Of a stretch of 64,000 nucleotides of DNA, positions 47,120 to 57,407 are shown piece after piece. The notes below the pieces were generated by a model. The model saw only the letters and a list, made by a program, of their open reading frames with translations, made no database searches and was not told where the DNA came from. The stretch comes from Candidatus Moraniibacteriota bacterium (GTDB lineage Bacteria > Patescibacteriota > Minisyncoccia > Moranbacterales > GWC2-37-73), in NCBI GenBank assembly GCA_003507445.1, contig DNVR01000019.1, positions 76,395 through 140,394 of the forward strand. Reading direction: 5' to 3'. Every line of letters begins with the position of its first letter. The first letter of the stretch is position 1. Made by a program: the position numbers and the translations under genes.

Positions 47120-49615
47120 ATGAAATACGAACCAAAAGAAATTGAACCAAAATGGCAAAATAGATGGGAAAAATCTGGTTCTTTCAAGATTGACAAGGAT
47201 GATGAGTCTAAAGAAAAATTTTATATTCTTGATATGTTTCCATATCCCTCTGGAACAGGACTTCATATGGGGCATACGGAAAGCTATACTGCTAGCGATG
47301 TTTTTTATCGTTTCAAAAAAATCCAAGGTTACAATGTTTTGCATCCACAAGGCTTTGATTCATTTGGTCTTCCAGCAGAAAATTATGCCATTAAAACAGG
47401 GGTAAAGCCAGCTGAAACAACTCAAAAAAATATTGCTACCTATATTGAACAAATGAAGTCTTTGGGTTTTGATTATGATTTTAATGAAAAGGTAATAACT
47501 TCTGATCCTTCGTATTATAAATGGACACAATGGATCTTTGGAAAATTTTTTGAAAATGGTTTGGTTTATAAAAAAACACAAAAAACCAATTGGTGCTCAT
47601 CTTGTCAAACTGTTATTGCTAATGAACAAGTGGTGGATGGTAAGTGTGAGAGATGTGGAACTGAAATAATACAAAAAGAGGTTCCAGGATGGTTTTTCAA
47701 AATCACGGATTTTTCCGACGAGCTGATTGCTGGGTTGGGAAAAGTTGATTGGCCAGAATATACCAAAAAAAATCAAATAAATTGGATTGGAAAATCGCAG
47801 GGTGCTCTTTTGAAATTTGAAATTAAAAATTCGGAAAAATATATTGAAGTGTTCACAACGCGACCCGACACTTTGTTTGGAGCGACTTATATGGTGTTGG
47901 CGCCTGAACATAAATTAGTAAATGAATTGAAAGATGAAATTTCTAACTGGAATGATGTTGAAAAATATATAATTCAAACTCAAAATAAAACAGAGTTGGA
48001 CAGAATGGAAGCCAAGGAAAAGACGGGGGAAAAATTGGAAGGTGTGATGGCTATAAATCCAGCAACAGGCGGTGAAATTCCAATTTTTATTGCTGATTAT
48101 GTTTTGGCTGGATATGGAACTGGAGCTATTATGGCAGTGCCGGCTCACGATGAGCGCGACTTTGAATTTGCAAAAAAATATAACATTCCAATTGTGGAAG
48201 TTATCTCTGGAGGGAATATTGAAGAAAAAGCTTACACTGAAAATGGGGAGCTGGTTAATTCTGGAAAATTTAATGGAATGTCAGTTGAGGATGCTAAAAG
48301 GGGAATCACTGAATTTGTTGGTGGAAAAATGACAGCAACATATCGTTTGCGTGACTGGTCTTTTTCTAGGCAGCGTTATTGGGGTTGTCCGATTCCGATT
48401 GTGTATTCTCCAGAAGGCGAAGCTAAAATGGTTCCCGAAAAATATTTGCCATGGAAACTTCCTGAAGATGTTGATTTTGTTCCAACCGGAGTGGCTCCAC
48501 TTTCCAAATCAGAAGAATTAAAAAAACGTGTTGAAGATATTTTTGGTCAGGGATGGACGGCTGAATATGACACAATGGACACATTCGTGGATTCTTCTTG
48601 GTATTTCTTGCGCTATCCTGATTCGCATAATGAAAAGGAATTTTGTTCAAAAGAAAGGCTTGCGAAATGGATGCCGGTAGATTTGTACATTGGAGGAGCA
48701 GAGCATACCTATATGCATCTTTTGTATGCCAGATTTTTTACAAAAGCGATGCATAAGATTGGTTTGATCAATTTTGATGAACCTTTTCTTAAGCTTCGCC
48801 ATCAAGGAATGGTGCTGGACAAGGAGGGTAAAAAAATGTCCAAGTCTAAAGGCAATGTTATTAATCCTGATAGTATGGTGGAAAAATTCGGCGCTGACAG
48901 CGTTCGAACATATATGCTTTTTGCAGCACCATTGGAAGATGAGGTGATGTGGAATGAAGACAATATTGTTGGTGTTCGAAGATTTTTGGACAGAATTTGG
49001 GAATTTATAGTTAAAGACAAGGAGCGAGATCCGGAATGGTTTAAGTTGTGGCTCAATATAGATGAATGGAACAAATCTAAAGGACCTACGCCCACTTCAT
49101 TAAAGATATTATTAAACAAAACAATAAAAAAAGTTACTGAGGATATGGAAAATTTTAGGTTTAATACTGCTATAAGTCAGTTAATGATTTTTAGAAATGC
49201 TTTTTATAAAATAGATCAGGGAGATGCTAATGATATTTATAAAACAGGCATGGAATCTAAATTATCAACATTGATAACGGTGGATGATTTTGAAAAATTT
49301 TTAATTTTGCTAGCTCCTTTTGCTCCACACATTGCTGAAGAGATCTGGCAGGAAATATTAGAACATAAAGAATCCATATTTTTACAAGATTGGCCAGAAG
49401 TTGATGAAAAATATTTGCAGGATGAAGAAGTTGAAATGGTGGTGCAGGTGAATGGAAAAGTTCGCGATCGTTTGATGGTGGCGCATGATGTCACTGAAGA
49501 CGAGGTAAAAGAAACAGTTCTTGAAAGTGGAAAAGTTAAGGTTTTTACTGATGGAAAAGAAATAAAGAAAATTATTTTTGTTCCAGGGAAACTTATTAAT
49601 ATCGTTGCTGTTTAA
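47120..49615 (+). CDS. leuS: Leucine--tRNA ligase
   Basis: FPYPSGTGLHMGH (HIGH), KMSKSKGN (KMSKS), and a CP1 editing domain. Confidence 0.93.
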   Translation: MKYEPKEIEPKWQNRWEKSGSFKIDKDDESKEKFYILDMFPYPSGTGLHMGHTESYTASDVFYRFKKIQGYNVLHPQGFDSFGLPAENYAIKTGVKPAETTQKNIATYIEQMKSLGFDYDFNEKVITSDPSYYKWTQWIFGKFFENGLVYKKTQKTNWCSSCQTVIANEQVVDGKCERCGTEIIQKEVPGWFFKITDFSDELIAGLGKVDWPEYTKKNQINWIGKSQGALLKFEIKNSEKYIEVFTTRPDTLFGATYMVLAPEHKLVNELKDEISNWNDVEKYIIQTQNKTELDRMEAKEKTGEKLEGVMAINPATGGEIPIFIADYVLAGYGTGAIMAVPAHDERDFEFAKKYNIPIVEVISGGNIEEKAYTENGELVNSGKFNGMSVEDAKRGITEFVGGKMTATYRLRDWSFSRQRYWGCPIPIVYSPEGEAKMVPEKYLPWKLPEDVDFVPTGVAPLSKSEELKKRVEDIFGQGWTAEYDTMDTFVDSSWYFLRYPDSHNEKEFCSKERLAKWMPVDLYIGGAEHTYMHLLYARFFTKAMHKIGLINFDEPFLKLRHQGMVLDKEGKKMSKSKGNVINPDSMVEKFGADSVRTYMLFAAPLEDEVMWNEDNIVGVRRFLDRIWEFIVKDKERDPEWFKLWLNIDEWNKSKGPTPTSLKILLNKTIKKVTEDMENFRFNTAISQLMIFRNAFYKIDQGDANDIYKTGMESKLSTLITVDDFEKFLILLAPFAPHIAEEIWQEILEHKESIFLQDWPEVDEKYLQDEEVEMVVQVNGKVRDRLMVAHDVTEDEVKETVLESGKVKVFTDGKEIKKIIFVPGKLINIVAV

Positions 49616-49623
49616 TAATCTTT

Positions 49624-50304
49624 ATGCAAATAGTAATTTTGGCTGCTGGTCGCGGAACAAGAATGAATGAACTTGCTGATGAAGTTCCTAAACCAATGTT
49701 GGAAATAAACGGTAAACCAATTCTGGCTTATAAACTTGAAGCGCTTCCTGCTGAAACTAAGGAGGTTATTTTTGTTATTGGATATCTGGGAAATCAAATC
49801 CAGCAATATTTTGGAGATTCGTATGCTGGTAAAAAAATTTCTTATGTCGTGCAAGAGCAACTGAATGGCACTGGTGGCGCGGTGCAACTTGTGAAAGATT
49901 TAATAGAGAATGATTTTTTGGTAATGATGGGCGATGATTTGTATGTGAAAGAGGACATTAAGAATTGTATAAAAAACGACTTAGCTGTTCTGGGGGTGGA
50001 GGTTGATAATCCAAACAAATTTGGAATTATAGTATCAGACGAAAATAAAAAACTTTTGGAAATAATAGAAAAACCTGAAATTGCGGGTCCAGCATTGGCC
50101 AATATCGGTCTTTATAAATTAAACAAAAAATTTTTTGATTACCCATTGGTTTTTATTGGAAATGGGGAGTATGGCTTGCCTCAAACATTAGCAATGATGG
50201 CAAAAGATTATCCTGTGAAAGTGATAAAAGCAACAGATTGGTTTCCGATCGGGAATCCTGACGACTTGGAAAAGGCACAAGAGGAGATTTATAAATTTAT
50301 TTAA
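49624..50304 (+). CDS. Sugar-phosphate nucleotidyltransferase
   Basis: MQIVILAAGRGTRMNELADEVPKPML is the G-x-G-T-R nucleotidyltransferase fold (GlmU/RmlA N-terminal-like). Confidence 0.75.
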   Translation: MQIVILAAGRGTRMNELADEVPKPMLEINGKPILAYKLEALPAETKEVIFVIGYLGNQIQQYFGDSYAGKKISYVVQEQLNGTGGAVQLVKDLIENDFLVMMGDDLYVKEDIKNCIKNDLAVLGVEVDNPNKFGIIVSDENKKLLEIIEKPEIAGPALANIGLYKLNKKFFDYPLVFIGNGEYGLPQTLAMMAKDYPVKVIKATDWFPIGNPDDLEKAQEEIYKFI

Positions 50305-50311
50305 TATCATA

Positions 50312-51346
50312 TTGTATATGCAAAGAAAAAAAGTTGTTACAATTGGTGGTGGAACTGGAAGTTTTATGCTTCTTAGTGGACTGAAAAAATATCCAGTGGA
50401 TATTTCAGCGATTGTTTCAATGGCAGACGACGGTGGTTCAACCGGAGTTTTGCGAGACGAGTTGGGAGTTCTTCCTCCAGGAGATGTGCGGCAATGCTTG
50501 GTAGCACTTAGTGATTCATCTGAGGCATTGCGGGAATTGATGAATTATCGTTTTGAAGAAGGTGGGCTCAAAGGTCATAGTTTTGGAAACCTATTTTTAT
50601 CTGCTTTGGAAAAAACAAGTGGAAATTTCAGTAAAGGAGTTGAAGAGGCTATAAAAATTTTAAACGTGAAGGGGCAAGTTATTCCTGTAACAAATCAAGA
50701 TACCAATTTATTTGTGGAGCTGAAAAATGGAGAACTGCTTAAGGGGGAAAATGAAATTAATCATAATCATAAAATTGAAACAATTGGTATTGAAAAAAAT
50801 TTTTTAATGCCAACGGCTCAGGCAAATAAAAAAGCAATTAAGAGTATCTTGGAAGCAGATTTAATCGTTATTGGTCCAGGGAATCATTATTGTAGTATCA
50901 TCCCTAATTTGTTGGTGAAAGGAATCTCTCAGGCAATTTGCAAATCAAAAGCAACTGTTGTATATAATTGCAACTTGGTTAATAAACATGGTCATACAGA
51001 GATGTTTTCTTTGGATGAATATGTTGATTCAATAAATCATTATTTAGGCAAAAAAAGAGTTGATTTTGTTACATATAATTCCAAAAAACCAAACGCTAAT
51101 TTGATTAAGCGATATGAGAACCAAAAAGAATTATTGATTCCATTTGATGTTAATTTGCGATCAAAAAGAGCATATCGTATTTTGCGTAGCGATATTTTAA
51201 ATAGCAAAAAAATCAGTTTCAGTCCTAGCGATATTTTAGCAAAACAGCGTGCCTTCATTCGTCATGATAGTGACAAGTTGGCTAAAGTGCTTATGATGAT
51301 TTTGGAGCTTGGAGAATATGAAAATATAATAAAAGAAATAATCTAG
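50312..51346 (+). CDS. yvcK: YvcK/CofD-family protein (gluconeogenesis factor, UPF0052)
   Basis: VVTIGGGTGSFMLLSGLKKYPVDISAIVSMADDGGSTGVLRDELGVLPPGDVRQCLVAL. Confidence 0.8.
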   Translation: MYMQRKKVVTIGGGTGSFMLLSGLKKYPVDISAIVSMADDGGSTGVLRDELGVLPPGDVRQCLVALSDSSEALRELMNYRFEEGGLKGHSFGNLFLSALEKTSGNFSKGVEEAIKILNVKGQVIPVTNQDTNLFVELKNGELLKGENEINHNHKIETIGIEKNFLMPTAQANKKAIKSILEADLIVIGPGNHYCSIIPNLLVKGISQAICKSKATVVYNCNLVNKHGHTEMFSLDEYVDSINHYLGKKRVDFVTYNSKKPNANLIKRYENQKELLIPFDVNLRSKRAYRILRSDILNSKKISFSPSDILAKQRAFIRHDSDKLAKVLMMILELGEYENIIKEII

Positions 51347-51370
51347 TTTTTAAAATATAAATTAAAAATT

Positions 51371-52837
51371 GTGGATGAGCTAAAGCAAGAAACAAAAATA
51401 ACTTCGCGGCAAAATTTGCCAGAAAAAATGTTGACTCTTTCTGAGTTTCGAAGAGAGCTTGGCATTCCTTTGGTTTTGGCGAAAAAATTGATTATCTGGG
51501 GCGAGATTGAGGCAGTGAAAGCAATTGATGGAACACTTCGCATTGCAGCTCCAGAAGTTGCGGTTGCGAAAATACTTATTGGAACGCCGATTAAAAAAGC
51601 GTATTTGTTTGTGAGGGCATTGGGTCCGGGATTGATTACGGGAGCATCCGATGATGATCCAGGTGGAATTGGAACGTATAGTGCAGTTGGTGCAAAATTT
51701 GGTCTGAGCATTTTGTGGATGGCTGCTTGGCTTTTGCCGATGATGTTGGCCATTCAAGAAACTTGTGCGCGAATTGGTATTGTTACAAACAAGGGTTTGG
51801 CTGCAGTGCTTAAAAAATATTTCAGAAGAAGAACAGTTATGTCTGCAGTTCTTCTTTTGATGATTGCAAATGTTGTGAACATTGGAGCTGATCTTGGTGC
51901 AATGGCAGCATCTCTTGAAATGGTAACGAATATCAATTATGCCGTTGGCGCAATATTTTTTGCTGCTGTGATAATATTGCTGGAAGTTTTTGTGAAATAT
52001 CACACCTATGTGAAAGTTTTGAAATGGCTGACACTTTCTGTTTTCGCATACATCGTTGCAGGTTTTATGACTCATCCGAATTGGTCTATTATTTTTAAAA
52101 ACTCTCTTATACCACAAATATCTTTTTCCAAAGAATATATTTTTGCTATGATTGCAGTTTTCGGAACCACTATTACCCCGTATCTTTTTTTCTGGCAAGC
52201 CTCAGAAGAAGTCGAAGATGGAAAAATGAATCATAATGGGTACAAGAAAAAATTTGTTCATTCAAGGGTTTCTAATATGCGCACCGATGTTAATGCTGGA
52301 ATGATTTTGGCTAATATTGTTTTTTTCTTTATTGTCCTTACAACGGCAAATGTTCTTTTTGCAAATGGCATAACCAATATTGATTCAGCGCAAGATGCAG
52401 CACTAGCACTTCGTCCATTGGCAGGGGATTGGGCGTTTTTGCTTTTTGCAATCGGCATTATTGGCACGGGATTGCTGGCAGTTCCAATTTTGGCAGGAAG
52501 TGGAGCATATGCTCTCAGTGAGCTTATGAGTTGGAATAGTGGTTTGGAAGAAAAATTTTCCAAGGCTAGAGGTTTTTATTTAGTTATTATTATTTCAATT
52601 TTTGTTGGTCTTGCAATGAATTTCTTGGGCATTAATCCTATTTCTGCCTTGTATTGGTCGGCATTTTTAAATGGGGTTATTGCGTTGCCACTTCTTGCAA
52701 TCATAATGAAAATAGGAGGCGACAAGAAAATAATGGGAAGTGAGACAAATCCATTTTGGGTAAAAATATTTGGATGGTTGGCGATAATAGCTATGGCTCT
52801 GGCTCTTGTCGGGATGATAATTGTAAATGTGATTTAA
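51371..52837 (+). CDS. NRAMP-family divalent metal cation transporter (MntH-like); start uncertain
   Basis: GPGLITGASDDDPGGIGTYSAVGAKFGLSILW is a DPGN-type NRAMP motif, with 10-11 predicted TM helices. Confidence 0.7.
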   Translation: MDELKQETKITSRQNLPEKMLTLSEFRRELGIPLVLAKKLIIWGEIEAVKAIDGTLRIAAPEVAVAKILIGTPIKKAYLFVRALGPGLITGASDDDPGGIGTYSAVGAKFGLSILWMAAWLLPMMLAIQETCARIGIVTNKGLAAVLKKYFRRRTVMSAVLLLMIANVVNIGADLGAMAASLEMVTNINYAVGAIFFAAVIILLEVFVKYHTYVKVLKWLTLSVFAYIVAGFMTHPNWSIIFKNSLIPQISFSKEYIFAMIAVFGTTITPYLFFWQASEEVEDGKMNHNGYKKKFVHSRVSNMRTDVNAGMILANIVFFFIVLTTANVLFANGITNIDSAQDAALALRPLAGDWAFLLFAIGIIGTGLLAVPILAGSGAYALSELMSWNSGLEEKFSKARGFYLVIIISIFVGLAMNFLGINPISALYWSAFLNGVIALPLLAIIMKIGGDKKIMGSETNPFWVKIFGWLAIIAMALALVGMIIVNVI

Positions 52838-52841
52838 AATT

Positions 52842-53372
52842 ATGTTTGAAATAAAAATCGTACAATATTTCAACAGGATTGGCTCAAGGAAGTTTGATAA
52901 TTTTTTGGCACTGATAAATTCCATAAGATTTCTTGCGATTTTTTGGGTCGCAATTATTATAATTGCGATAATTAAACATCCTGAAATAACAAATTCTTTT
53001 CTTGTAGCTGTTGGAATTGTTACAATTTTGCATTTTGGAATTACAGAGGGAATTATAAAGCACCTGCTTTTATATATTATTCCTAAGAGAAAGCGTCCGT
53101 ATGTTGCATATCCGGATTTGATAAAATCAATTGGAAAAAAATTTAGCGACTCTTCATTTCCATCAAGCCATATGGCAAGCACCGTGGCGATGCTTTTTGT
53201 TGTCATTGCTTTTTATCCATCCTTGCTTTTGTTGTCTGTTATCTTTGTTTTGATTATGGCATTTTCGCGCTTGCACAGTGGAATGCATTATCCAACTGAT
53301 ATCATTGCAGGAATTTTATTGGGGCTAGTATATGGCCGGACAGCATTATATGCGCTGAGATTTTTATTTTAA
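52842..53372 (+). CDS. PAP2-family phosphatase (BcrC/PgpB-like)
   Basis: KRKRPY, PSSH and SRLHSGMHYPTDI are PAP2 motifs C1-C3. Confidence 0.75.
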   Translation: MFEIKIVQYFNRIGSRKFDNFLALINSIRFLAIFWVAIIIIAIIKHPEITNSFLVAVGIVTILHFGITEGIIKHLLLYIIPKRKRPYVAYPDLIKSIGKKFSDSSFPSSHMASTVAMLFVVIAFYPSLLLLSVIFVLIMAFSRLHSGMHYPTDIIAGILLGLVYGRTALYALRFLF

Positions 53373-53378
53373 AATTAT

Positions 53379-54029
53379 ATGAAAGTATTTATTGATTTTG
53401 ATGATGTCATTTTTAATACAAAAAAATTCAGAGAAGATTTGGAGGCGCTTTTTGATTCAAATGGCGTATCGAAAGAAATTTTTCAAAAATATTACACTGA
53501 TCCGAAAGACCAGAGAGCTATTAAGACATTCAATCCATGGTTGCAGGCAGAGCGCATAAGCAGGGTTATGGATTTTGATGTAAATAAATTAACGGAGGCA
53601 ATTAATGAATTTATTTTTGATATTTCTAGATATGTGTTCGTGGATGTTTTAGATTTTGTAAATATGCTTGGATCCAAAAATATATACGTTGTTTCCTATG
53701 GAGATTTGGAATTTCAACATAAAAAAATTAATGGTTCTATGGTGGATAAATATTTGGATAATATTATTGTTACTGAAAATCTTAAATCTGAAATTATAAG
53801 CAAGATAATTGCAGAAGATGATATGGAAAAGAATGAAAAGATTTTTTTTCTGGATGATCGCATTGAGCAAATTCGGGATGTAAAAGAAAAATTTCCTAAT
53901 ATTGTCACTATCTTAGTAAAACGTCCGGAAGGTCGTTATCAGGAAATGCAGAAAGAAGATTGCTGTGATTATGAAGTGCATAATTTGAAAGAAGCTGAAA
54001 AGATAATTAAAAATATTGAGAAAAATTAA
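53379..54029 (+). CDS. HAD-superfamily hydrolase-like protein
   Basis: N-terminal FIDFDDVIF (DxD motif I). Confidence 0.45.
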   Translation: MKVFIDFDDVIFNTKKFREDLEALFDSNGVSKEIFQKYYTDPKDQRAIKTFNPWLQAERISRVMDFDVNKLTEAINEFIFDISRYVFVDVLDFVNMLGSKNIYVVSYGDLEFQHKKINGSMVDKYLDNIIVTENLKSEIISKIIAEDDMEKNEKIFFLDDRIEQIRDVKEKFPNIVTILVKRPEGRYQEMQKEDCCDYEVHNLKEAEKIIKNIEKN

Positions 54030-54035
54030 TTTTGT

Positions 54036-55094
54036 ATGGATATTAAGAAACTGCAGCAATTTTTGCAAGAAAATAATTTGCCTAAGTTTCGTTTGGGGCA
54101 AATTCAAAAAGCCATCTTTACTGATGGCGTTTCTTCGTTTGGGGAAATAACAACACTTTCCAAGGATTTGCGAGAAAAAATGGAAAAGGAAATGCGGTTG
54201 CTTTCTTTTGATGTTGAAAAAGTTTTAGTGGCTAAGGATGGACAATCAATAAAAGCTTTGTTAAAACTTTCTGATGGAGAGTTGATTGAAACTGTTTTGA
54301 TTTCGCCTAAGCCAGAAATTTGGTCAGCTTGCATTTCTTGCCAAGTCGGCTGTGCGATGGGTTGCAGGTTTTGCGCGACTGGCAAGATGGGGTTCAAGCG
54401 TGACCTTACCGCTGAAGAAATTACTGATCAAATTTTATTTTGGAAACAATATCTTAAAAAAAATTCTTCTGCTTTGTTTGGAAATTGGAAATTGGAAATT
54501 GGAAATTGCGATGTTGATAACATCGTCTATATGGGTATGGGAGAGCCATTTAATAATTGGAAAAATGTTGCTGAGAGTATAAAAGTTTTGACTGATGAAA
54601 AGTTATTTGGATTTGGCTCACGTTCTTTGTCTGTTTCCACTTCGGGCATCGCCGACGGCATTGAAAGAATGGCTAATGAATTTCCGCAAGTTAATTTGGC
54701 AATTTCCCTTCATTTTGCGAGCGACGAAAAACGCGACCGATTTATGCCAGTCAATAAAAAAGATAATCTGGAAAATTTGCGACAAGCGCTGAAAAAATAT
54801 TTTCAAATTACAACGCGTAAAGTTTTTTTGGAGTATATTATGTTGGATGGAATAAACGACACTGCCCTTGATGCAAAGTTGCTGGCTGATTTTATATATT
54901 CAATTGGTAACACCCATCTTCTTCATATGAATCTCATTCGATACAATATGACAAGCGAGGACCTAAAGCCATCTTCAAAAACTCGCACGCAACTTTTCAA
55001 ACAAGAACTTGAAAAACACAACATTAACGCTACCATAAGAAAAAGTCTCGGCGAAGAAATCGAAGCCGCCTGCGGACAACTTGCTGGTAAGTAG
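54036..55094 (+). CDS. rlmN: 23S rRNA (adenine2503-C2)-methyltransferase RlmN (radical SAM) with an in-frame (GGAAATT)3 insertion
   Basis: CISCQVGCAMGCRFCATG (CxxxCxxC), MGMGEP, and a conserved C-terminal Cys. The inserted peptide GNWKLEIGN is encoded at 54477-54502. Confidence 0.9.
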   Translation: MDIKKLQQFLQENNLPKFRLGQIQKAIFTDGVSSFGEITTLSKDLREKMEKEMRLLSFDVEKVLVAKDGQSIKALLKLSDGELIETVLISPKPEIWSACISCQVGCAMGCRFCATGKMGFKRDLTAEEITDQILFWKQYLKKNSSALFGNWKLEIGNCDVDNIVYMGMGEPFNNWKNVAESIKVLTDEKLFGFGSRSLSVSTSGIADGIERMANEFPQVNLAISLHFASDEKRDRFMPVNKKDNLENLRQALKKYFQITTRKVFLEYIMLDGINDTALDAKLLADFIYSIGNTHLLHMNLIRYNMTSEDLKPSSKTRTQLFKQELEKHNINATIRKSLGEEIEAACGQLAGK

Positions 55095-55235
55095 TAGAAA
55101 GTATTTTGTAAAACGTATAATGTATAAAAATAAAAAAGCCTTCTTGTGAAGGCTTTTCATGATTATACCAAAACAATGCGGTCGTCTAGTTTTGGTATAA
55201 TTGGTTTGTTGTGGTTGCTGTTTGTAAGATAATCT

Positions 55236-55625
55236 TTAGATAACCTTAAAGTGTTTTAGGGTTGGGATGATGTTGGGTGCAAGATTTTCTGGAAGGTTAT
55301 TGAGATCTAGCCATGCGTATTCATGGACTTGTTCGTGTGGAATTATTTTTCCTGTAAAGTTAGCAAGGAAATGCACAAGGACGACATCGAAAATTTCGCC
55401 ATCCTTTTCTTTTGTTGTGTGAAACAAAAAAGGTTCAGTATTTGTGATTTTTATATTAATTCCCATTTCTTCATATGCTTCTCGAGTCGCAGTTTCAATA
55501 AGATTTTCATTTTCTTCAACTATGCCGCCACAGAATTTCCAAAAGGTATCTTTACCTGAAATGTTTAGAAGTACTTTATTATTTTCGACAATAACTGGTC
55601 CTGATGCGATAATTATTTTGTTCAT
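55236..55625 (-). CDS. NUDIX hydrolase
   Basis: GGIVEENENLIETATREAYEEMGI is a Nudix box. Confidence 0.8.
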   Translation of the reverse strand: MNKIIIASGPVIVENNKVLLNISGKDTFWKFCGGIVEENENLIETATREAYEEMGINIKITNTEPFLFHTTKEKDGEIFDVVLVHFLANFTGKIIPHEQVHEYAWLDLNNLPENLAPNIIPTLKHFKVI

Positions 55626-57331
55626 ATTTTTTTAACTAAATAAGTTTGACTTAGTTTGTATCCTTGTTTTCTGTAGTATCCTCTCACTCCCACTCCTGAA
55701 ATTACTACAATTTTTTTGAGGTCGTATTCTTCTTTGGCAATTCTTTCAGCTTCTAATAATAATTTTTTGCCAAGGCCGATGTGTTGTGGGGAAGTTGAAT
55801 CTAGCGTGTCTATTTTTGTTAGTTTTCCGTAAGTGTGAACTTCTCTAATGATGGCTGCATTTTTTAGAACTGGAAGCATATCATGAAGTTTGTCATGCTG
55901 AACTTGTTTCAGCATCTCGTTTGGCATATTGACTTTGCTGGATCCTGAAACAAGTTCAGCATGACACGTTGAACTTGGGATGCGTAGACGCAATAATGCA
56001 AACAATTTTTTCTTGTCCGGTGAAACATATTGCAGAAATATTTCCTTGCCGTCTGAGGCAGCATAATCAATGCGATCTAAAACAATTTTTTCTTTTACAA
56101 TATATCCTGCACCAACTTCACGACAACGAATGCAAGGACAATTGGACTTAGGAATAATAATTTGTCTAAGATTGGAAACTGTCGGACCGGCCACAATGGA
56201 TGGAGTAGGAACATCGCGAATAAGGCGAGCAATGCGCACATATGGCGTGATTGCTTCGTTTTTTATCTTCACTACAAGCCTCTCAAACGCTTGATTTGTC
56301 AGTGGGACATACTTTTTCTTCTTCCAGATGTCATACAGCTCACTGTTTTTTAAAACGACTGTAGGGTATATCTTGAGCATATCAGGTTGAAATCTGGGAC
56401 CTTCAAAAAGGGCCTTAAACATCTCAAAATCGCGTTTTGGGGTGCTTCCCGGAAGTCCCGGCATCATATGATAGTTTATCTTAAAACCACTATCCTTGAG
56501 CATTTTGGTAGCATCTATGGTGCTTTGGATGAGGTGTCCACGCTTGTTTAATTCGAGTACATCATCATAAAGACTTTGCACACCAAGTTCAACTCTCGTG
56601 CAACCAAGTTGACGAAAGTTCAAAATTTCTTTTTCATCAATATAATCCGGCCGCGTCTCCAAAGTGAGCCCAATAATTCTATGTTTCGCTTTTTCGTTTC
56701 TCTTTTGCTCGCGCAGTAGTTTGTCATGCTGAACTTGTTTCAGCATCTCGCCAAGCTGTTTGGCACTTCTGGATCCTGAAATGAATTCAGGATGACAACG
56801 CGGATAATCGTTGGCAGCCTTAAAGCACCCGTAAATAAATTTTTTCTGATACGCCTTTGGCAGAAAAGAAAATGTTCCACCCATCACAATTAATTCAATT
56901 TTATCTGTGCGATGACCGTTGAGCTCCAATGAGCGCAAGCGGTTTTGAACTTGTCTATATGGATCAAACTGAGAATCAATTGCGCGCATCACAGCTGGTT
57001 CATTGGAGAGATAACTCTTAGGCATATCTTTCTCACTAGGACAATAAATGCATTTACCGGGGCAGGGATATGACTTGGTAAGCACTGCCACCACAGCCAC
57101 ACCGGATTGGGTGCGAATCAAGCGACTCATCAAGGCTTCTTCAAATTTTTCACTGCGTTTGATTTTCTTTTGCTCAACTAATTTATTATATCTATCTCGC
57201 AAATCAGCATTGGTAGGCATTGCAACTCCGAATTTTTTACAAAGACTTTTTTTGAGTTTGCCAAAATCTCCCTGATTTTCAGAAAGTTCGTTTATTGCGG
57301 AGATTATATAATTGTCGTAAGATTGGCTCAT
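55622..57331 (-). CDS. Elp3-like radical SAM/GNAT protein (tRNA wobble-uridine modification family) carrying two in-frame P2-MITE insertions
   Basis: CPGKCIYCP radical-SAM cluster and C-terminal GNAT motifs (HIGLGKKLLLEAERIA). Insertion peptides ...EMLKQVQHDKLL... and ...TCHAELVSGSS...EMLKQVQHDKLHDM... Start moved to 57331 out of the repeat. Confidence 0.75.
   Translation of the reverse strand: MSQSYDNYIISAINELSENQGDFGKLKKSLCKKFGVAMPTNADLRDRYNKLVEQKKIKRSEKFEEALMSRLIRTQSGVAVVAVLTKSYPCPGKCIYCPSEKDMPKSYLSNEPAVMRAIDSQFDPYRQVQNRLRSLELNGHRTDKIELIVMGGTFSFLPKAYQKKFIYGCFKAANDYPRCHPEFISGSRSAKQLGEMLKQVQHDKLLREQKRNEKAKHRIIGLTLETRPDYIDEKEILNFRQLGCTRVELGVQSLYDDVLELNKRGHLIQSTIDATKMLKDSGFKINYHMMPGLPGSTPKRDFEMFKALFEGPRFQPDMLKIYPTVVLKNSELYDIWKKKKYVPLTNQAFERLVVKIKNEAITPYVRIARLIRDVPTPSIVAGPTVSNLRQIIIPKSNCPCIRCREVGAGYIVKEKIVLDRIDYAASDGKEIFLQYVSPDKKKLFALLRLRIPSSTCHAELVSGSSKVNMPNEMLKQVQHDKLHDMLPVLKNAAIIREVHTYGKLTKIDTLDSTSPQHIGLGKKLLLEAERIAKEEYDLKKIVVISGVGVRGYYRKQGYKLSQTYLVKKI
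55892..55966. mobile_element. P2-family palindromic MITE inserted in-frame in the elp3-like gene (copy 1)
   Basis: gtcatgctgaacttgtttcagcatctcg ... gatcctgaaacaagttcagcatgac. Confidence 0.6.
56723..56797. mobile_element. P2-family palindromic MITE inserted in-frame in the elp3-like gene (copy 2)
   Basis: gtcatgctgaacttgtttcagcatctcg ... gatcctgaaatgaattcaggatgac. Confidence 0.6.
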
Positions 57332-57406
57332 GAAACATGAAACATGTAGCATGTAACAAAAAAGCTTTTTAATTCAGATTTGTTATATGTTGTATGTTAT
57401 ATGATA
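57332..57406. repeat. Composite heptamer-repeat cassette E3 in the divergent elp3/methyltransferase promoter region
   Basis: catgaaacatgaaacatgtagcatgtaac ... tttgttatatgttgtatgttatatgatatatg. Confidence 0.65.
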
Positions 57407-57407
57407 T

